Notes: a model not told the origin generated them from the sequence alone. A DNA stretch of 64,000 bases from Candidatus Omnitrophota bacterium (GCA_016177405.1 JACOVG010000027.1:14733-78732), one strand, 5' to 3'; shown: positions 18,673-28,078, counted from the stretch's first letter. A program made the numbers and translations.

Positions 18673-19381
18673 CGCTGCCGGCGTCTTCGAGACCTGCCGG
18701 GTCAAGGGAGGGAAGATCCTCCACTTGAACGAGCATCTCCTGCGCCTGGCGGCTTCCTTGAAGACCCTTCGGCTGGACCCCTTGGATCGAAAGGAGCGGG
18801 AGGGTCTTGAGACGTCGGCCCGCGAAGTCCGGGATGGCTTTGTCCGGATCGCGGTCTCTCGGTCCAAGGCTCCAAGGGTCTTGATCCATCGGCACCCGGG
18901 CCTGCCGTACCCCAAATCGCTTTACCGCCGGGGAATCTCCATCCACACCGCCGCGACGCGCGAGCCCCATCCCGAAGCGGCGCCGGCCGGCGCCAAATGT
19001 TCCGAACGCCTCTCGAGTGTCCTGGCCCGCTGGGAATGGGCCGGGGACCGGGAGGTCCTGCGCCTGGGGGCCTCGGGTTTTCTCACCGAGGGGACGTCCA
19101 GCAACCTCTTTATGGTGAAGCACCGGACCCTGCGCACGCCCCCCGCCTGGCTGGGCGTTCTGGAGGGAGTCACCCGGGCCCTGGTTTTGAAGGAGGCCCA
19201 TCGCCTGGGGCTGGCGGCCCAGGAGGTTCCGATCACCCGGCACGAACTCTTCAATGCCGAGGAGGCCTTTCTCACCAATGTCCTGATGGGGATCCTTCCC
19301 CTTCGAAGCGTGGATGGCCGGAGAATCGGAACCCGCGCCCCCGGCCCGGTGACCCGGCGCCTGATGCGAGAGCTCTCGTGA
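18611..19381 (+). CDS. pabC: Aminodeoxychorismate lyase (class IV aminotransferase fold)
   Basis: FETCRV..G.ILHLNEHL.RL N-terminal pattern and class IV fold motifs (EAFLTN). The exact start is uncertain because of the overlap with pabB. Confidence 0.65.
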   Translation: MDLSSMTKCPLPDCTPPPPFDAAGVFETCRVKGGKILHLNEHLLRLAASLKTLRLDPLDRKEREGLETSAREVRDGFVRIAVSRSKAPRVLIHRHPGLPYPKSLYRRGISIHTAATREPHPEAAPAGAKCSERLSSVLARWEWAGDREVLRLGASGFLTEGTSSNLFMVKHRTLRTPPAWLGVLEGVTRALVLKEAHRLGLAAQEVPITRHELFNAEEAFLTNVLMGILPLRSVDGRRIGTRAPGPVTRRLMRELS

Positions 19382-20949
19382 AGCGGATTCGCAGGGCCCT
19401 GGTCAGCGTCTCCGACAAGGAGAACCTCATCCCCTTTGTGCAGGGCTTGAGGCGCTTAGGGGTACAGATCATCTCCACGGGCGGAACCGCCAAGCTTCTT
19501 AAGGACGCGGGGATCCCGGTCAAGGCGATCGCGGAATTCACCGGTTTTCCGGAGATCCTGACCGGACGGGTGAAGACCCTTCACCCCAAGGTGCACGGCG
19601 GCATCCTGATCAGCCGCGCCAACCGGCGGCATTTGGCCGAGGCCAAACGCCTGGGGCTTGAGCCGATCGACCTGGTGGTGGTGAACCTGTATCCCTTCGA
19701 GGAGACCGCCGCGCGGCCGGGCGTTTCTTGGGCGAAGCTCATCGAGCAGATCGACATCGGCGGGGTGGCCCTCATGCGCTCGGCGGCCAAGAACTTCTCT
19801 TCGGTCGGCGTGGTCACCGCTTCCTCCCAATATCAGGAGGTTTTAAGAGAGCTCAATCAGCGGGGGGGACAGCTCACCCACGCCACCCGGATGAGGCTCG
19901 CGGTGGAGGCCTTTTCCCAGTGCGCTTATTACGACGCGGTGATCCATCAGGTCTTGGCCCACCGACAGGGCCCCAGCCGCCGGAGCGATGGGCCTTCCTT
20001 GCTGGTCTTGGCCGCCAGAAAAAGGCAGACCCTGCGCTACGGGGAGAATCCGCATCAACCAGGTTTCTGGTACGAATGGCCCAGGCTCACCGGCGGGGCC
20101 CTTGGGATAAGCGGCGCCAGGCAATTGCACGGTAAGGAGCTTTCCTTCAACAACCTGCTGGACCTGGACGCGGCCCTCTCCATGGCGTCCGGATTCTCCA
20201 AGCCCACGGCCGCGGTGGTCAAGCACGCCAATCCCTGCGGGATCGCTTCGGCGGCCGCGCTTTCCCGGGCCGTGGCCAGGGCCTTCGCCACCGATCCGGT
20301 CTCCGCCTTCGGCGGGATTGTGGGGGTTAACCGGCGGGTTGACCCAGCCGCCGCGCGGGCCATCGCCGGAAGCGGCTTCTTGGAGTGCGTGGTCGCGCCG
20401 GGTTTCAAGCCGGAAGCCCTCCGGATTCTCACGGTGAAGAAGAATCTGCGCGTCCTGGAGGTCCCCGGATGGGGCAAGGCCCGGGGCCGGAACTGCGTGG
20501 ATTTCAAGCCCATCGGGGGAGGGCTCCTCGTCCAGGGGCCGGACCGAATCTTGAAACCTCCTTCCCGCTGGCGGGCCGCCACCTCGGCCAAGCCCACCGC
20601 CAGCCAGATGCGCGATCTCCTTTTTGCCTGGAGGGTTTCTCAACACGTCCGCTCCAACGCCATTGTGGTGGTCAAGGACGAAGCGACGGTTGGAATCGGG
20701 GCCGGCCAGCCGAGCCGGGTGGACAGCGTCCGGATCGCGCTGAAGAAGGCCGGCCGGCGGGCGCGGGGCGCGGTCTTGGCCAGCGACGGTTTCTTCCCCA
20801 AGCCGGACGGCCCGCGGCTTGCCGTCCGGGCGGGGATCGCGGCGATTGCGCAGCCGGGCGGCTCGATCCAGGATCCCGCGGTCATCCAGGCGGCGCAGCG
20901 GGCCCGCGTTCCCATGCTCATGACCGGAGAGCGCCACTTCCGCCATTAG
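19378..20949 (+). CDS. purH: Bifunctional AICAR transformylase / IMP cyclohydrolase
   Basis: GTG start overlapping the pabC stop. MGS-like N-domain (RALVSVSDKENLIPFVQGLRRLGVQIISTGGTAKLL) and AICARFT domain. The supplied ORF extends further upstream into pabC in another frame. Confidence 0.85.
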   Translation: MKRIRRALVSVSDKENLIPFVQGLRRLGVQIISTGGTAKLLKDAGIPVKAIAEFTGFPEILTGRVKTLHPKVHGGILISRANRRHLAEAKRLGLEPIDLVVVNLYPFEETAARPGVSWAKLIEQIDIGGVALMRSAAKNFSSVGVVTASSQYQEVLRELNQRGGQLTHATRMRLAVEAFSQCAYYDAVIHQVLAHRQGPSRRSDGPSLLVLAARKRQTLRYGENPHQPGFWYEWPRLTGGALGISGARQLHGKELSFNNLLDLDAALSMASGFSKPTAAVVKHANPCGIASAAALSRAVARAFATDPVSAFGGIVGVNRRVDPAAARAIAGSGFLECVVAPGFKPEALRILTVKKNLRVLEVPGWGKARGRNCVDFKPIGGGLLVQGPDRILKPPSRWRAATSAKPTASQMRDLLFAWRVSQHVRSNAIVVVKDEATVGIGAGQPSRVDSVRIALKKAGRRARGAVLASDGFFPKPDGPRLAVRAGIAAIAQPGGSIQDPAVIQAAQRARVPMLMTGERHFRH

Positions 20950-20951
20950 TT

Positions 20952-22319
20952 GTGACTTATCCTGAAGCGATTCAATACCTCAACACCCTGCCGAATTACG
21001 AACAGCTGACGGCCTACCGGTACGGGGAGGCCTTGGGGCTGGACCGGATCGAAAGCCTCCTTCGCGGGCTTGGGAATCCCCACAAGAATTTCGCCTCGCT
21101 TCATGTGGCGGGGACGAAGGGCAAGGGCTCCACCTGCGCCTTTGCCGCCTCGATCCTTCAGGCGCTGGGCCGGAGGGTCGGCCTCTACACCTCGCCGCAC
21201 CTCGCCTCGCTCCGGGAGCGGATTCAGGTGAATGGCCGGCCGGTCACGCCGGAGCGATTCGCCGAAACGGTCCAGGCCGTCATGCCCCGCATGCCAGGAA
21301 ATCTCACCTTCTTTGAAGCGACCACCGCCTGCGCCTTTCTCTATTTCGCGCGGGAGCGGGTGGAGGACGCCGTGATCGAAGTGGGTCTGGGCGGCCGCCT
21401 GGACGCCACGAACGTCATCGCCCCCGCGGTCAGCGTGGTCGCCCCGATCAGCCTGGACCACACGGACAAGCTGGGTTCCTCCCTGGGCGAGATCGCAGGG
21501 GAAAAGGCGGGAATCATCAAGCCGGGGACGCCCGTCGTTGTTTCGCGGCAGCCGAGGGAGGCTTCCCAGGTGATCGAGGCGGCGGCCCGGGCGCTTCAAG
21601 CCCCCGTGCACCGCTTGGAAGAAGAGATTCAGATTGAAGGGGTCCGCGTTTCCACCGCCGGCAGCCGGGTTTCCTTTCGGACGCCCCGCGCCTTTTACCC
21701 CGATCTGCTCATTCCCCTGCTGGGCCGCCACCAGATCGCGAACGCCGCCTTGGCCGTTCGGGCGGTTGAACTCGCCCGGCCCGAGGTGGAGGTGCCGAGG
21801 CTGCTGTCGGCGGTTCGCGAGGGATTGGCCGAAACCCGGTGGCCAGGGCGCTGTCAGCTCGTTCCGGGCTCGCCGCCTATTCTGCTGGATGGGGCGCAGA
21901 ATGGGGCCTCGGCCGAGGTGCTGGTGTCGGCGGTTCGGGAGCTCTTCCCGGGGCGCAGGGTGATTGGCGTCGTCGGGATTTCAGGGGATAAAGACATTGC
22001 GGGGATCGCCCGGGTTTGGGGCCCCTGGATGAGCGAGCTTATTCTGACCCGGGCGCAAGCGGCCCGCGCGGAATCTCCCGAGCGGTTGGCCGAGGCTTTT
22101 TCTCAATGGCACCCCAGGCCCCATCTTGCCGCTCGCGTGCCCGACGCCCTCGAGCTGGCCAGGGGCAGGTCCCGCCCAGACGATCTGATGGTGGTGGCCG
22201 GTTCTTTGTTCTTAGTCGGCGAAGCGCTGGAGGCCCTGGGGCGGTCTAGCGGCGGCGCCTTCGAAGCTTCCGGGTCAGAAAGAGGATCCCGCCCAGGGCT
22301 CCATACCCTACCTGGATGA
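20952..22319 (+). CDS. folC: Folylpolyglutamate synthase / dihydrofolate synthase
   Basis: GTG start 3 nt after the purH stop (VTYPEAIQYL). Mur-ligase P-loop HVAGTKGKGST and YTSPHL motif. Confidence 0.8.
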   Translation: MTYPEAIQYLNTLPNYEQLTAYRYGEALGLDRIESLLRGLGNPHKNFASLHVAGTKGKGSTCAFAASILQALGRRVGLYTSPHLASLRERIQVNGRPVTPERFAETVQAVMPRMPGNLTFFEATTACAFLYFARERVEDAVIEVGLGGRLDATNVIAPAVSVVAPISLDHTDKLGSSLGEIAGEKAGIIKPGTPVVVSRQPREASQVIEAAARALQAPVHRLEEEIQIEGVRVSTAGSRVSFRTPRAFYPDLLIPLLGRHQIANAALAVRAVELARPEVEVPRLLSAVREGLAETRWPGRCQLVPGSPPILLDGAQNGASAEVLVSAVRELFPGRRVIGVVGISGDKDIAGIARVWGPWMSELILTRAQAARAESPERLAEAFSQWHPRPHLAARVPDALELARGRSRPDDLMVVAGSLFLVGEALEALGRSSGGAFEASGSERGSRPGLHTLPG

Positions 22320-23193
22320 AGGCGCACACGAGAGACAAGGACAAGGCCCCTTCCGCGGATACCCCCACCCGGCCCATGAACAGGATCGTGGCCCCCTCCC
22401 GGATTCCCCAGCCGTTCAGGGAAACGGGAATCATCGCCACCGTCGAGATGATGGGAACGGTCAGCAGGAGGTAGACGGGCGGGATTCCGAGCTTCATGCC
22501 GGAAGAGACGGCCCAATAGGTTCCGGTCATCAGAAACTGAAGGCCCACCGACAGGCCAAACGCCGACAGCAGGATCTTCGGTTTGCGCCGGTACCGGACG
22601 ATCGATTCCTGAAACTGCGTGGTGTGGGCCGCCAGCGTGCCCAGGCCGATCTTCCCAAACGGCTTCAGGAAGGTTCGCAGCACCCGGCGGGAGCCCAGGA
22701 TGCCCACCGCGATTGCCATCGCCCCGCACAATCCCAGGAATCCCGCCCGAACGATCGGATCCTCCCGAGCGGCAGGGAAGGTGAACCAGGAGATTGACGC
22801 CAGCGTGACCAAACCCGCCATTCCGGCGAGGCGGTCCACCAGGATCGAAGCCAGGGAGTCCCGCCAGTTCCCCGTGACCTTGATCAGGTCGTAAGCCCGG
22901 AAGACGTCGCCGCCGATGGTGGTGGGCAGGAAGATGTTGAAGAAGTGGCTCACGAAGAAGGAATTGGCCAGGAAGGGCCAGCTCAAAAGGGGATGGGCGG
23001 GGACCAGGAGCTTCCAGCGGGTGACACACAGCAGCTCCGACACCCCGAACAGCAGCACCGCCGTGACGAGCCACCCCGGATGGATCGACCGGGACACCTC
23101 CCAAAGTCTCTGGACGTCCACCTCCCGGAAGATCCAGAGGAAGGCGCCGGCGGTGATCGCGGCCCGGACAACGAACGAGAGGATGGCGCGCAT
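22246..23193 (-). CDS. UPF0104 / lysylphosphatidylglycerol-synthase-TM-like (flippase-like) membrane protein
   Basis: 315 aa, about eight hydrophobic helices. Family-typical N-terminus MRAILSFVVRAAITAGAFLWIF and RRRRR C-terminus. It overlaps the 3' end of folC convergently. Confidence 0.55.
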   Translation of the reverse strand: MRAILSFVVRAAITAGAFLWIFREVDVQRLWEVSRSIHPGWLVTAVLLFGVSELLCVTRWKLLVPAHPLLSWPFLANSFFVSHFFNIFLPTTIGGDVFRAYDLIKVTGNWRDSLASILVDRLAGMAGLVTLASISWFTFPAAREDPIVRAGFLGLCGAMAIAVGILGSRRVLRTFLKPFGKIGLGTLAAHTTQFQESIVRYRRKPKILLSAFGLSVGLQFLMTGTYWAVSSGMKLGIPPVYLLLTVPIISTVAMIPVSLNGWGIREGATILFMGRVGVSAEGALSLSLVCAFIQVGYGALGGILFLTRKLRRRRR

Positions 23194-23978
23194 CAGGGGG
23201 TCTGGTTGATGTAGTCGTCGAACTGGATCTGTCCGGTGGCCTCCGAGCGGACCTCCCGGAGCCGCTGGCCGAAATAGGGATGGGTTCTGAAGTAGGAGAA
23301 TCTGCGCGGGGCCTGCCGGAAGGTGTGCTCTTTAAGCCGCGTCAGGAAGTCCACCCCCGCCAGGGGCGCGTATCCGGCCCGCTTGAGATAGCGCGTGCCC
23401 AGGCGGTCGGCCTCCAGCTCGTCGGCCTGGGAATAGGCCAGCAGCAGCGAAGCAAAGGCCAGGTCCATGCCGGCTTGGGTCCTGGCATCGGCCGACCCGG
23501 TGCTGGCGGTCAGCACCTGCAGAAGCTGCAGCCCCATGGCCCCCTGGATCCTCTTCACCACGTGTTTGGCGGCCACGTGCCCGATCTCATGGCCCAAGAC
23601 CGAGGCCAGCTCATCGTCGGATTTGGCCATCTCCATGAGCCCGGAGGTGACGTAGATGATCCCTCCCGGCAGGGCAAAGGCGTTGGGCTCCTTCTCCTCG
23701 ACGATGTGGAAGCGGTAGACCAAGTCCTTCCGGTCGCTCTGGGCCGCCACCCGGGCGGAGGTCTTATCCAACCGGGCCAAAAGCTCCGGATCGTGGACGA
23801 GCTTATACTCCTGCTCCACCCTCTTGGCCACCGCCTCCCCCATCTGGACCTCCCGCTCGGTGTTGAAGAAAAGGGTTTCGCTCTTGTCGGTGGCCACGTT
23901 GTAGCTCGTGGCGCAGCCCGAAAAAACAGCGGTAAGCAGTAGATGGTAAGCAGTAGGCAATAAGGAAAACCGTTTCAT
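23193..23978 (-). CDS. M48-family zinc metallopeptidase lipoprotein (BepA/YfgC-like)
   Basis: Lipoprotein signal MKRFSLLPTAYHLLLTAVFSGC and HEIGHVAAKH zinc motif. The start is set at the internal ATG that yields the signal peptide. Confidence 0.75.
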   Translation of the reverse strand: MKRFSLLPTAYHLLLTAVFSGCATSYNVATDKSETLFFNTEREVQMGEAVAKRVEQEYKLVHDPELLARLDKTSARVAAQSDRKDLVYRFHIVEEKEPNAFALPGGIIYVTSGLMEMAKSDDELASVLGHEIGHVAAKHVVKRIQGAMGLQLLQVLTASTGSADARTQAGMDLAFASLLLAYSQADELEADRLGTRYLKRAGYAPLAGVDFLTRLKEHTFRQAPRRFSYFRTHPYFGQRLREVRSEATGQIQFDDYINQTP

Positions 23979-24117
23979 CCCGTCTAGTTTCCCACAGATG
24001 CCAGGTGCCCGCAAGACCCCAGGTCGCGAAACACGTTAATAGGAATAGAAATCTCGTGTACACACTTGATTATTTCGAGGGCATCAGGTAGGCTTTTTGT
24101 ATGGGTCGAATTCCGCC

Positions 24118-27105
24118 ATGAGGCCAAACCCGCGATTCTTCTTAGCAAGATTTTTCGCCCCTTTGCTCTCGCTGGGGCTTGCCCTGCCCGATGTCTCTTT
24201 CGCACTTCGGCAGAACATCGAGGGTACCACCCAAGCTGGCTTAGAGGAGGCCCTTCGGCCCATTGTTGCCGCCGGCTTGGAGGAGGAGAGGAGACTGTCG
24301 GAGGCCTTGGAGGGGGCGGCTTTCCAAGGAGGGGCGCGTCTCATGAAGGACATCATCCGGTGGGCCGAAAAAGATCTGGCGGCAGCCGAAGCGGCAACCG
24401 CCGGTTTTTACGAGTTTTCTCAAGCGCGGCTCCCGGATTCGGTCGGCCAAGACAGTAATGGATCAGGCCATCTTATCGCCAGGTTTCTGCGGCTCGCCCA
24501 AAGAGCTCCCACCAGCCCTCCTCCAGCCTGGCCTCGGGCGGGGCCGAGTCAGGAAGAGTCCGCCGGGTCTGACGGAAGGCAAAAAAGCCGTCTCCTGAAG
24601 GCGCCCAAAAGCTATTTCCCCTGGGCCGGCCCCAAGGAGTTTCAGGCAGGCATGAAGGCCGCCCGGGAACGGTTGGCCACAGCGGGGACGGATGAGGAAG
24701 AGGAAAAGGATCCCCCCAGCAAAGAGGAGATCAAGCGGCTGGAAGGGCCCCTCCACCAAGGGCTTCACGCTGAAAACATCCTCCGAGACTATTCGCGCCT
24801 TGTTCAGGAGGCGGAGGATCTGCTGGTCCGGCTTCACCACAGGCTTATCCTCGCTTGCATGAAGGATAAAGGGATTACGCGCGACAGGGATCATCAAATC
24901 TTTGAGGATGTACGCCAAGGCGGCTACCTGGCCTTGCTAAACGCGATTCGGAACTACAATCCCAATCAAGGAACCGCCTTTTCCACCTATGCCTACCAGG
25001 CCATCCGCCGGGAGATCCACGACACCCTTCAGGCGATGTCCAGAAGACTTAGAATTCAGCCGGACGATCTGGAACTCTTTTTCAAGACCGCCCAAGAGCT
25101 GGAGAAGAAGCAGGGGATAGAGCCAGGGCCCGAGGAGATCGCGGAGGTCTTAGAGAAAGAATCCTCTTGGGCCGAGGCGATCTCCCATTGGAGGCAAAAC
25201 CCAGACTCCCTCAACCGGCCGGTAGGCGACGCCCAGCTTCTTGATCTCATCGAGCCCGAACCATTGGAGCCAGAATGGGAGGAAATCGAAGAGGAGAAGC
25301 GCGGCGTCCGTAAGGTTCTTGAGGCGGTGCGCCGCGAGAGCCCCGATGGCAGGCGAGACGCGCTGGTCCTCAAACTTTATTATGAGCTGGGAACCAGGAA
25401 TGGCCCTTACACACAGGAGTGGATCGCCAAGAGAACGGGGATCACCCCTCAACGGGTCAGCCAGATTATCCAGGATGGCATCCAGACGGCCCAAGAGCGT
25501 CTTGAGCTGACCCGTGAAGGGCGCGTGGAACCGATTCGTCCCGAGGCCCCCGGCCCCGCCGCGGGGGTTGCTTCCGGCGACGGCCGGGACAACGATGCCG
25601 ATGTCTATCTGATCGACGTGATGGGGATTCCGTACACGAGCCCCCTCTTTGAGCCGCTAAGCCGGCTTAAGAGGAGAGATCTCGAGAAGATCCAAGGGGC
25701 GCTGTCGGCCCATAGGCCCTTTCCCCTTAAGATCAAGCCAGGGGAATCTTTCCCGCGGCGCTTGACGCGGATCCGCCAATTTTACGGCCTGACCTCCAAG
25801 GCGGCAGCCCAAGGGGCAGGGGTGAGCGCGACAACCTACTCCGCCTGGGAGAACGGGCGCCAGTTGCCCAAGGGAGATTCTCTCAAGCGGCTGGCCCGCT
25901 TCTATGCTGAAGCCTACCGTCTCCATCCGGACGCGGTTCAGAGATACTTGGGGATGAGATCTCCTTGGTCGGTCTTAAGAAAGCTGAAGGGCAAGCCCTC
26001 GCGGCTGATCCTGAAGGGTCTGCGGGTTTCACAGTGGCACTCCGCCGAGGGATTCGCCAGGGCCGCGCTGCCCGGGATGAATCCAAAGAGCTACGTCTTA
26101 TGGGAGAAGGGAAGGAACGTCCCGCCGCTGGCCTTCTTGAGAAGGATCGTCTCCTTTTACGTGAGAGAGCGGGGTTTTCCCCAGCGCTCCCTGGAGAGGA
26201 CCCTTGGGATTCCAAGCCCCAAAGAGGTTCTTAAGGAGTTGAAGGGCAGGCCCCTGCCTGAAATACTGCGCGGCCTGCGCGAGTCGGTTCCCCTGACCAT
26301 CGCCGAACTGGCCTCTTTGGCAAAGATCGGCCCCAGAACCGTCACCCGGTGGGAAAAGGGCGAAGTGGTTCCCCTGCCGGCCAATCTTCGGAAGCCGGCG
26401 GAGGTTTATGCGCGGGGGGGTCATTTTCCAGAGAAAGAGCTCTTGGCCCTTTTGGATATCCCTTCGACAGAGCTGTTTCTTCAAGAGATCGCCTCTCGCC
26501 GGGGCGATGGGCCCAAGCTTCTTGATTCGCTGGAACACTACCTCGGCCTTTCCCAGTCTGGGATGGCCCGCCTGGTCGGTGTCGAGAAATCAACCTATCG
26601 GTTTTGGAAGCAAGGGAGGATAAAGCCGCCTCTTTCCCGGCGCTATCAAATGGTTGCGCGCCTCGCTGAAGAGGGCCGCCTTCCTGTCGAGCCCCTCCGA
26701 GAGGCCTTTGGCCTGGATGGGCCCGAGAAGACGTTGAGCCGTTTAAGAAGCATGCCGTTTCCGAAGGCCCTCCGGCACCTTCGCTGGGTGTACGGCATCG
26801 GAATGTCGAAGGTCGCCGGCCGCCTCGGTGTTTCTCGGTTTACCTACCGAGGACTGGAAAAGAGGGGGACCTTGCCGGCCCGATATCTTCCGACGCTGGC
26901 CGCTTATTACAGCGGTCTGGATGGCCTGCCTTCGCCCAAGCTCTTGGCTGCCCTTGAGGCCGGCCGTCAAAGGTGGCAGTCGGCTGATCGTGTCCGCAGG
27001 ATGGCGGCCGCCCCCGCCGCGCTCTCCGGCGCGGGGCTGGAGGAGGGTCTTTCGGAGCGGCTTCAGAGAGAACGCGGGACCGCCTGGCTCGGCGGGCAGG
27101 CATAG
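24118..27105 (+). CDS. GLEE-punctuated family protein: leader, sigma-70-like module (regions 2, 3, 4), five tandem HTH (XRE-like) repeats of about 85 aa each
   Basis: The start is set at the second ATG (MRPNPRFFLARFF...) because the first ATG lies inside the conserved promoter-like box. Leader ends ...VSFA-LRQ. GLEE at aa 48 and 60 (24097 numbering) and AGLEE 23 aa before the stop. FSTYAYQAIRREI (region 2-like) and LKLYYELG...TQEWIAKRTGITPQRVSQI (region 4-like). Five repeats carry the wEkG core of Cro/C1-type HTH. Confidence 0.6.
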   Translation: MRPNPRFFLARFFAPLLSLGLALPDVSFALRQNIEGTTQAGLEEALRPIVAAGLEEERRLSEALEGAAFQGGARLMKDIIRWAEKDLAAAEAATAGFYEFSQARLPDSVGQDSNGSGHLIARFLRLAQRAPTSPPPAWPRAGPSQEESAGSDGRQKSRLLKAPKSYFPWAGPKEFQAGMKAARERLATAGTDEEEEKDPPSKEEIKRLEGPLHQGLHAENILRDYSRLVQEAEDLLVRLHHRLILACMKDKGITRDRDHQIFEDVRQGGYLALLNAIRNYNPNQGTAFSTYAYQAIRREIHDTLQAMSRRLRIQPDDLELFFKTAQELEKKQGIEPGPEEIAEVLEKESSWAEAISHWRQNPDSLNRPVGDAQLLDLIEPEPLEPEWEEIEEEKRGVRKVLEAVRRESPDGRRDALVLKLYYELGTRNGPYTQEWIAKRTGITPQRVSQIIQDGIQTAQERLELTREGRVEPIRPEAPGPAAGVASGDGRDNDADVYLIDVMGIPYTSPLFEPLSRLKRRDLEKIQGALSAHRPFPLKIKPGESFPRRLTRIRQFYGLTSKAAAQGAGVSATTYSAWENGRQLPKGDSLKRLARFYAEAYRLHPDAVQRYLGMRSPWSVLRKLKGKPSRLILKGLRVSQWHSAEGFARAALPGMNPKSYVLWEKGRNVPPLAFLRRIVSFYVRERGFPQRSLERTLGIPSPKEVLKELKGRPLPEILRGLRESVPLTIAELASLAKIGPRTVTRWEKGEVVPLPANLRKPAEVYARGGHFPEKELLALLDIPSTELFLQEIASRRGDGPKLLDSLEHYLGLSQSGMARLVGVEKSTYRFWKQGRIKPPLSRRYQMVARLAEEGRLPVEPLREAFGLDGPEKTLSRLRSMPFPKALRHLRWVYGIGMSKVAGRLGVSRFTYRGLEKRGTLPARYLPTLAAYYSGLDGLPSPKLLAALEAGRQRWQSADRVRRMAAAPAALSGAGLEEGLSERLQRERGTAWLGGQA

Positions 27106-27171
27106 GGGCGGATTTTTTTGTCTTGGGAATTAATTTATATGCAAAATATTTATTGATTTATAACTATCGGT

Positions 27172-27752
27172 GTGTTAAGCTTCCTCCCCATGATGAAAAG
27201 AGAAAAACACAAGCCACTTCCAACAGCGCAAGTCGCGCAGAGGATCCTTTTCATCCGCGGGCAGAGGGTGATGCTGGACAGCGACCTAGCGGTCCTTTAT
27301 GGAGTTGAGACCAAAGTCCTTAATCGAGCGGTGAGGCGGAATGAAGCCCGCTTTCCTGCAGATTTTATGCTCCAACTCACCCAAGAGGAATACAGATTTT
27401 TGAGGTACCAATTTGGCACCTCAAACTTGAGGTCACAAATTGTGACCGCAAGTTCCAGGCACGGCGGGAGACGCTATCTGCCCTTGCTTTCACCGAGCAA
27501 GGCGTCGCTATGCTCTCAAGCGTTTTGAATAGTGAGCGAGCAATTCAAGTGAACATCTCCATCCTACGGGCTTTCGTGAGGCTGCGAAGGCTCTTGGCCG
27601 CCCACAGGGGGCTTGCCAGAAAGCTGGAGGAGATGGAGAGAAAATACGACGCCCAATTCAAGGCGGTGTTTGACGCGATCCGACAGCTTATGGCGCCGCC
27701 GAAAGAATCCCGCCGGAAGATTGGGTTTCATACCCAAGGGTGCAGGGCTTGA
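27172..27752 (+). pseudogene. ORF6N-domain (KilA-N-related) gene disrupted by a 1-nt deletion and a roughly 33-nt palindromic insertion; paralog of 29615..30148
   Basis: Two overlapping ORFs (27172..27528 and 27510..27752) together align colinearly with the intact paralog ([18 protein letters not shown], RFPxDFMxQL, ...[20 protein letters not shown]). Relative to the paralog, one base is lost after GGRRYLP. An extra segment made of two back-to-back perfect hairpins is present at 27418..27447. Confidence 0.6.
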
Positions 27753-27781
27753 ACCCGGCTCCCCTTACAAAGGAGAAGACG

Positions 27782-28078
27782 ATGACGAAAACGGTTGAGT
27801 TGTCGGTGGTGAGGCTAAACAAGTTCGAAGGGGAAGGGACCGCCAGGGCCTTTTGCGATGTGGCGGTTGCGCAGTCGTTTCTCATCAAGGGAGTGAAGGT
27901 GATCGAGGGAAAGAAGGGGTTATTCGTCAGCATGCCGCGCGAGCAGGGCAAGGACGGCCAGTGGTACGACACCGTGATTCCCTTGTCCAAGGAAGCTCGC
28001 CAGGAGATCTCCGAGGTGGTCTTGGAGGCCTACCGGTCGGGCGCCCAGGCGCCGGCGCAGGCCCCGGCAGGGGAATAG
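27782..28078 (+). CDS. spoVG: SpoVG family protein
   Basis: Translation MTKTVELSVVRLNKFEGEGTARAFCDVAVAQSFLIKGVKVIEGKKGLFVSMP... matches the SpoVG fold signature. The start is taken at the internal ATG. Confidence 0.7.
   Translation: MTKTVELSVVRLNKFEGEGTARAFCDVAVAQSFLIKGVKVIEGKKGLFVSMPREQGKDGQWYDTVIPLSKEARQEISEVVLEAYRSGAQAPAQAPAGE

Noticed and set aside
18997-19377. N-terminal extensions of the supplied ORFs for purH (18997), folC (20385), uvrC (51421), comEC (46017), murJ (50696) and the response regulator (to 35089)
   Set aside because: The extensions overlap the upstream gene in another frame or run through tRNA genes, and contain no family-typical sequence. Conserved N-termini begin at internal ATG/GTG/TTG codons placed right after the upstream stop.
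24097-24117. First ATG of the 24097 ORF (MYGSNSA...) as start of the sigma-like family protein
   Set aside because: It lies inside the conserved AGGTAGGCTTTTTGTAT promoter-like box shared with the paralog promoters. The second ATG gives MRPNPRFF..., matching the MRR-type leaders of the other three members.
27403-27447. The hairpin pair inside ORF6N copy 1 as a transcription terminator
   Set aside because: There is no downstream T-run. The structure lies inside a coding region and corresponds to a native palindrome in the intact paralog. It is better explained as an insertion or duplication at a palindromic site.
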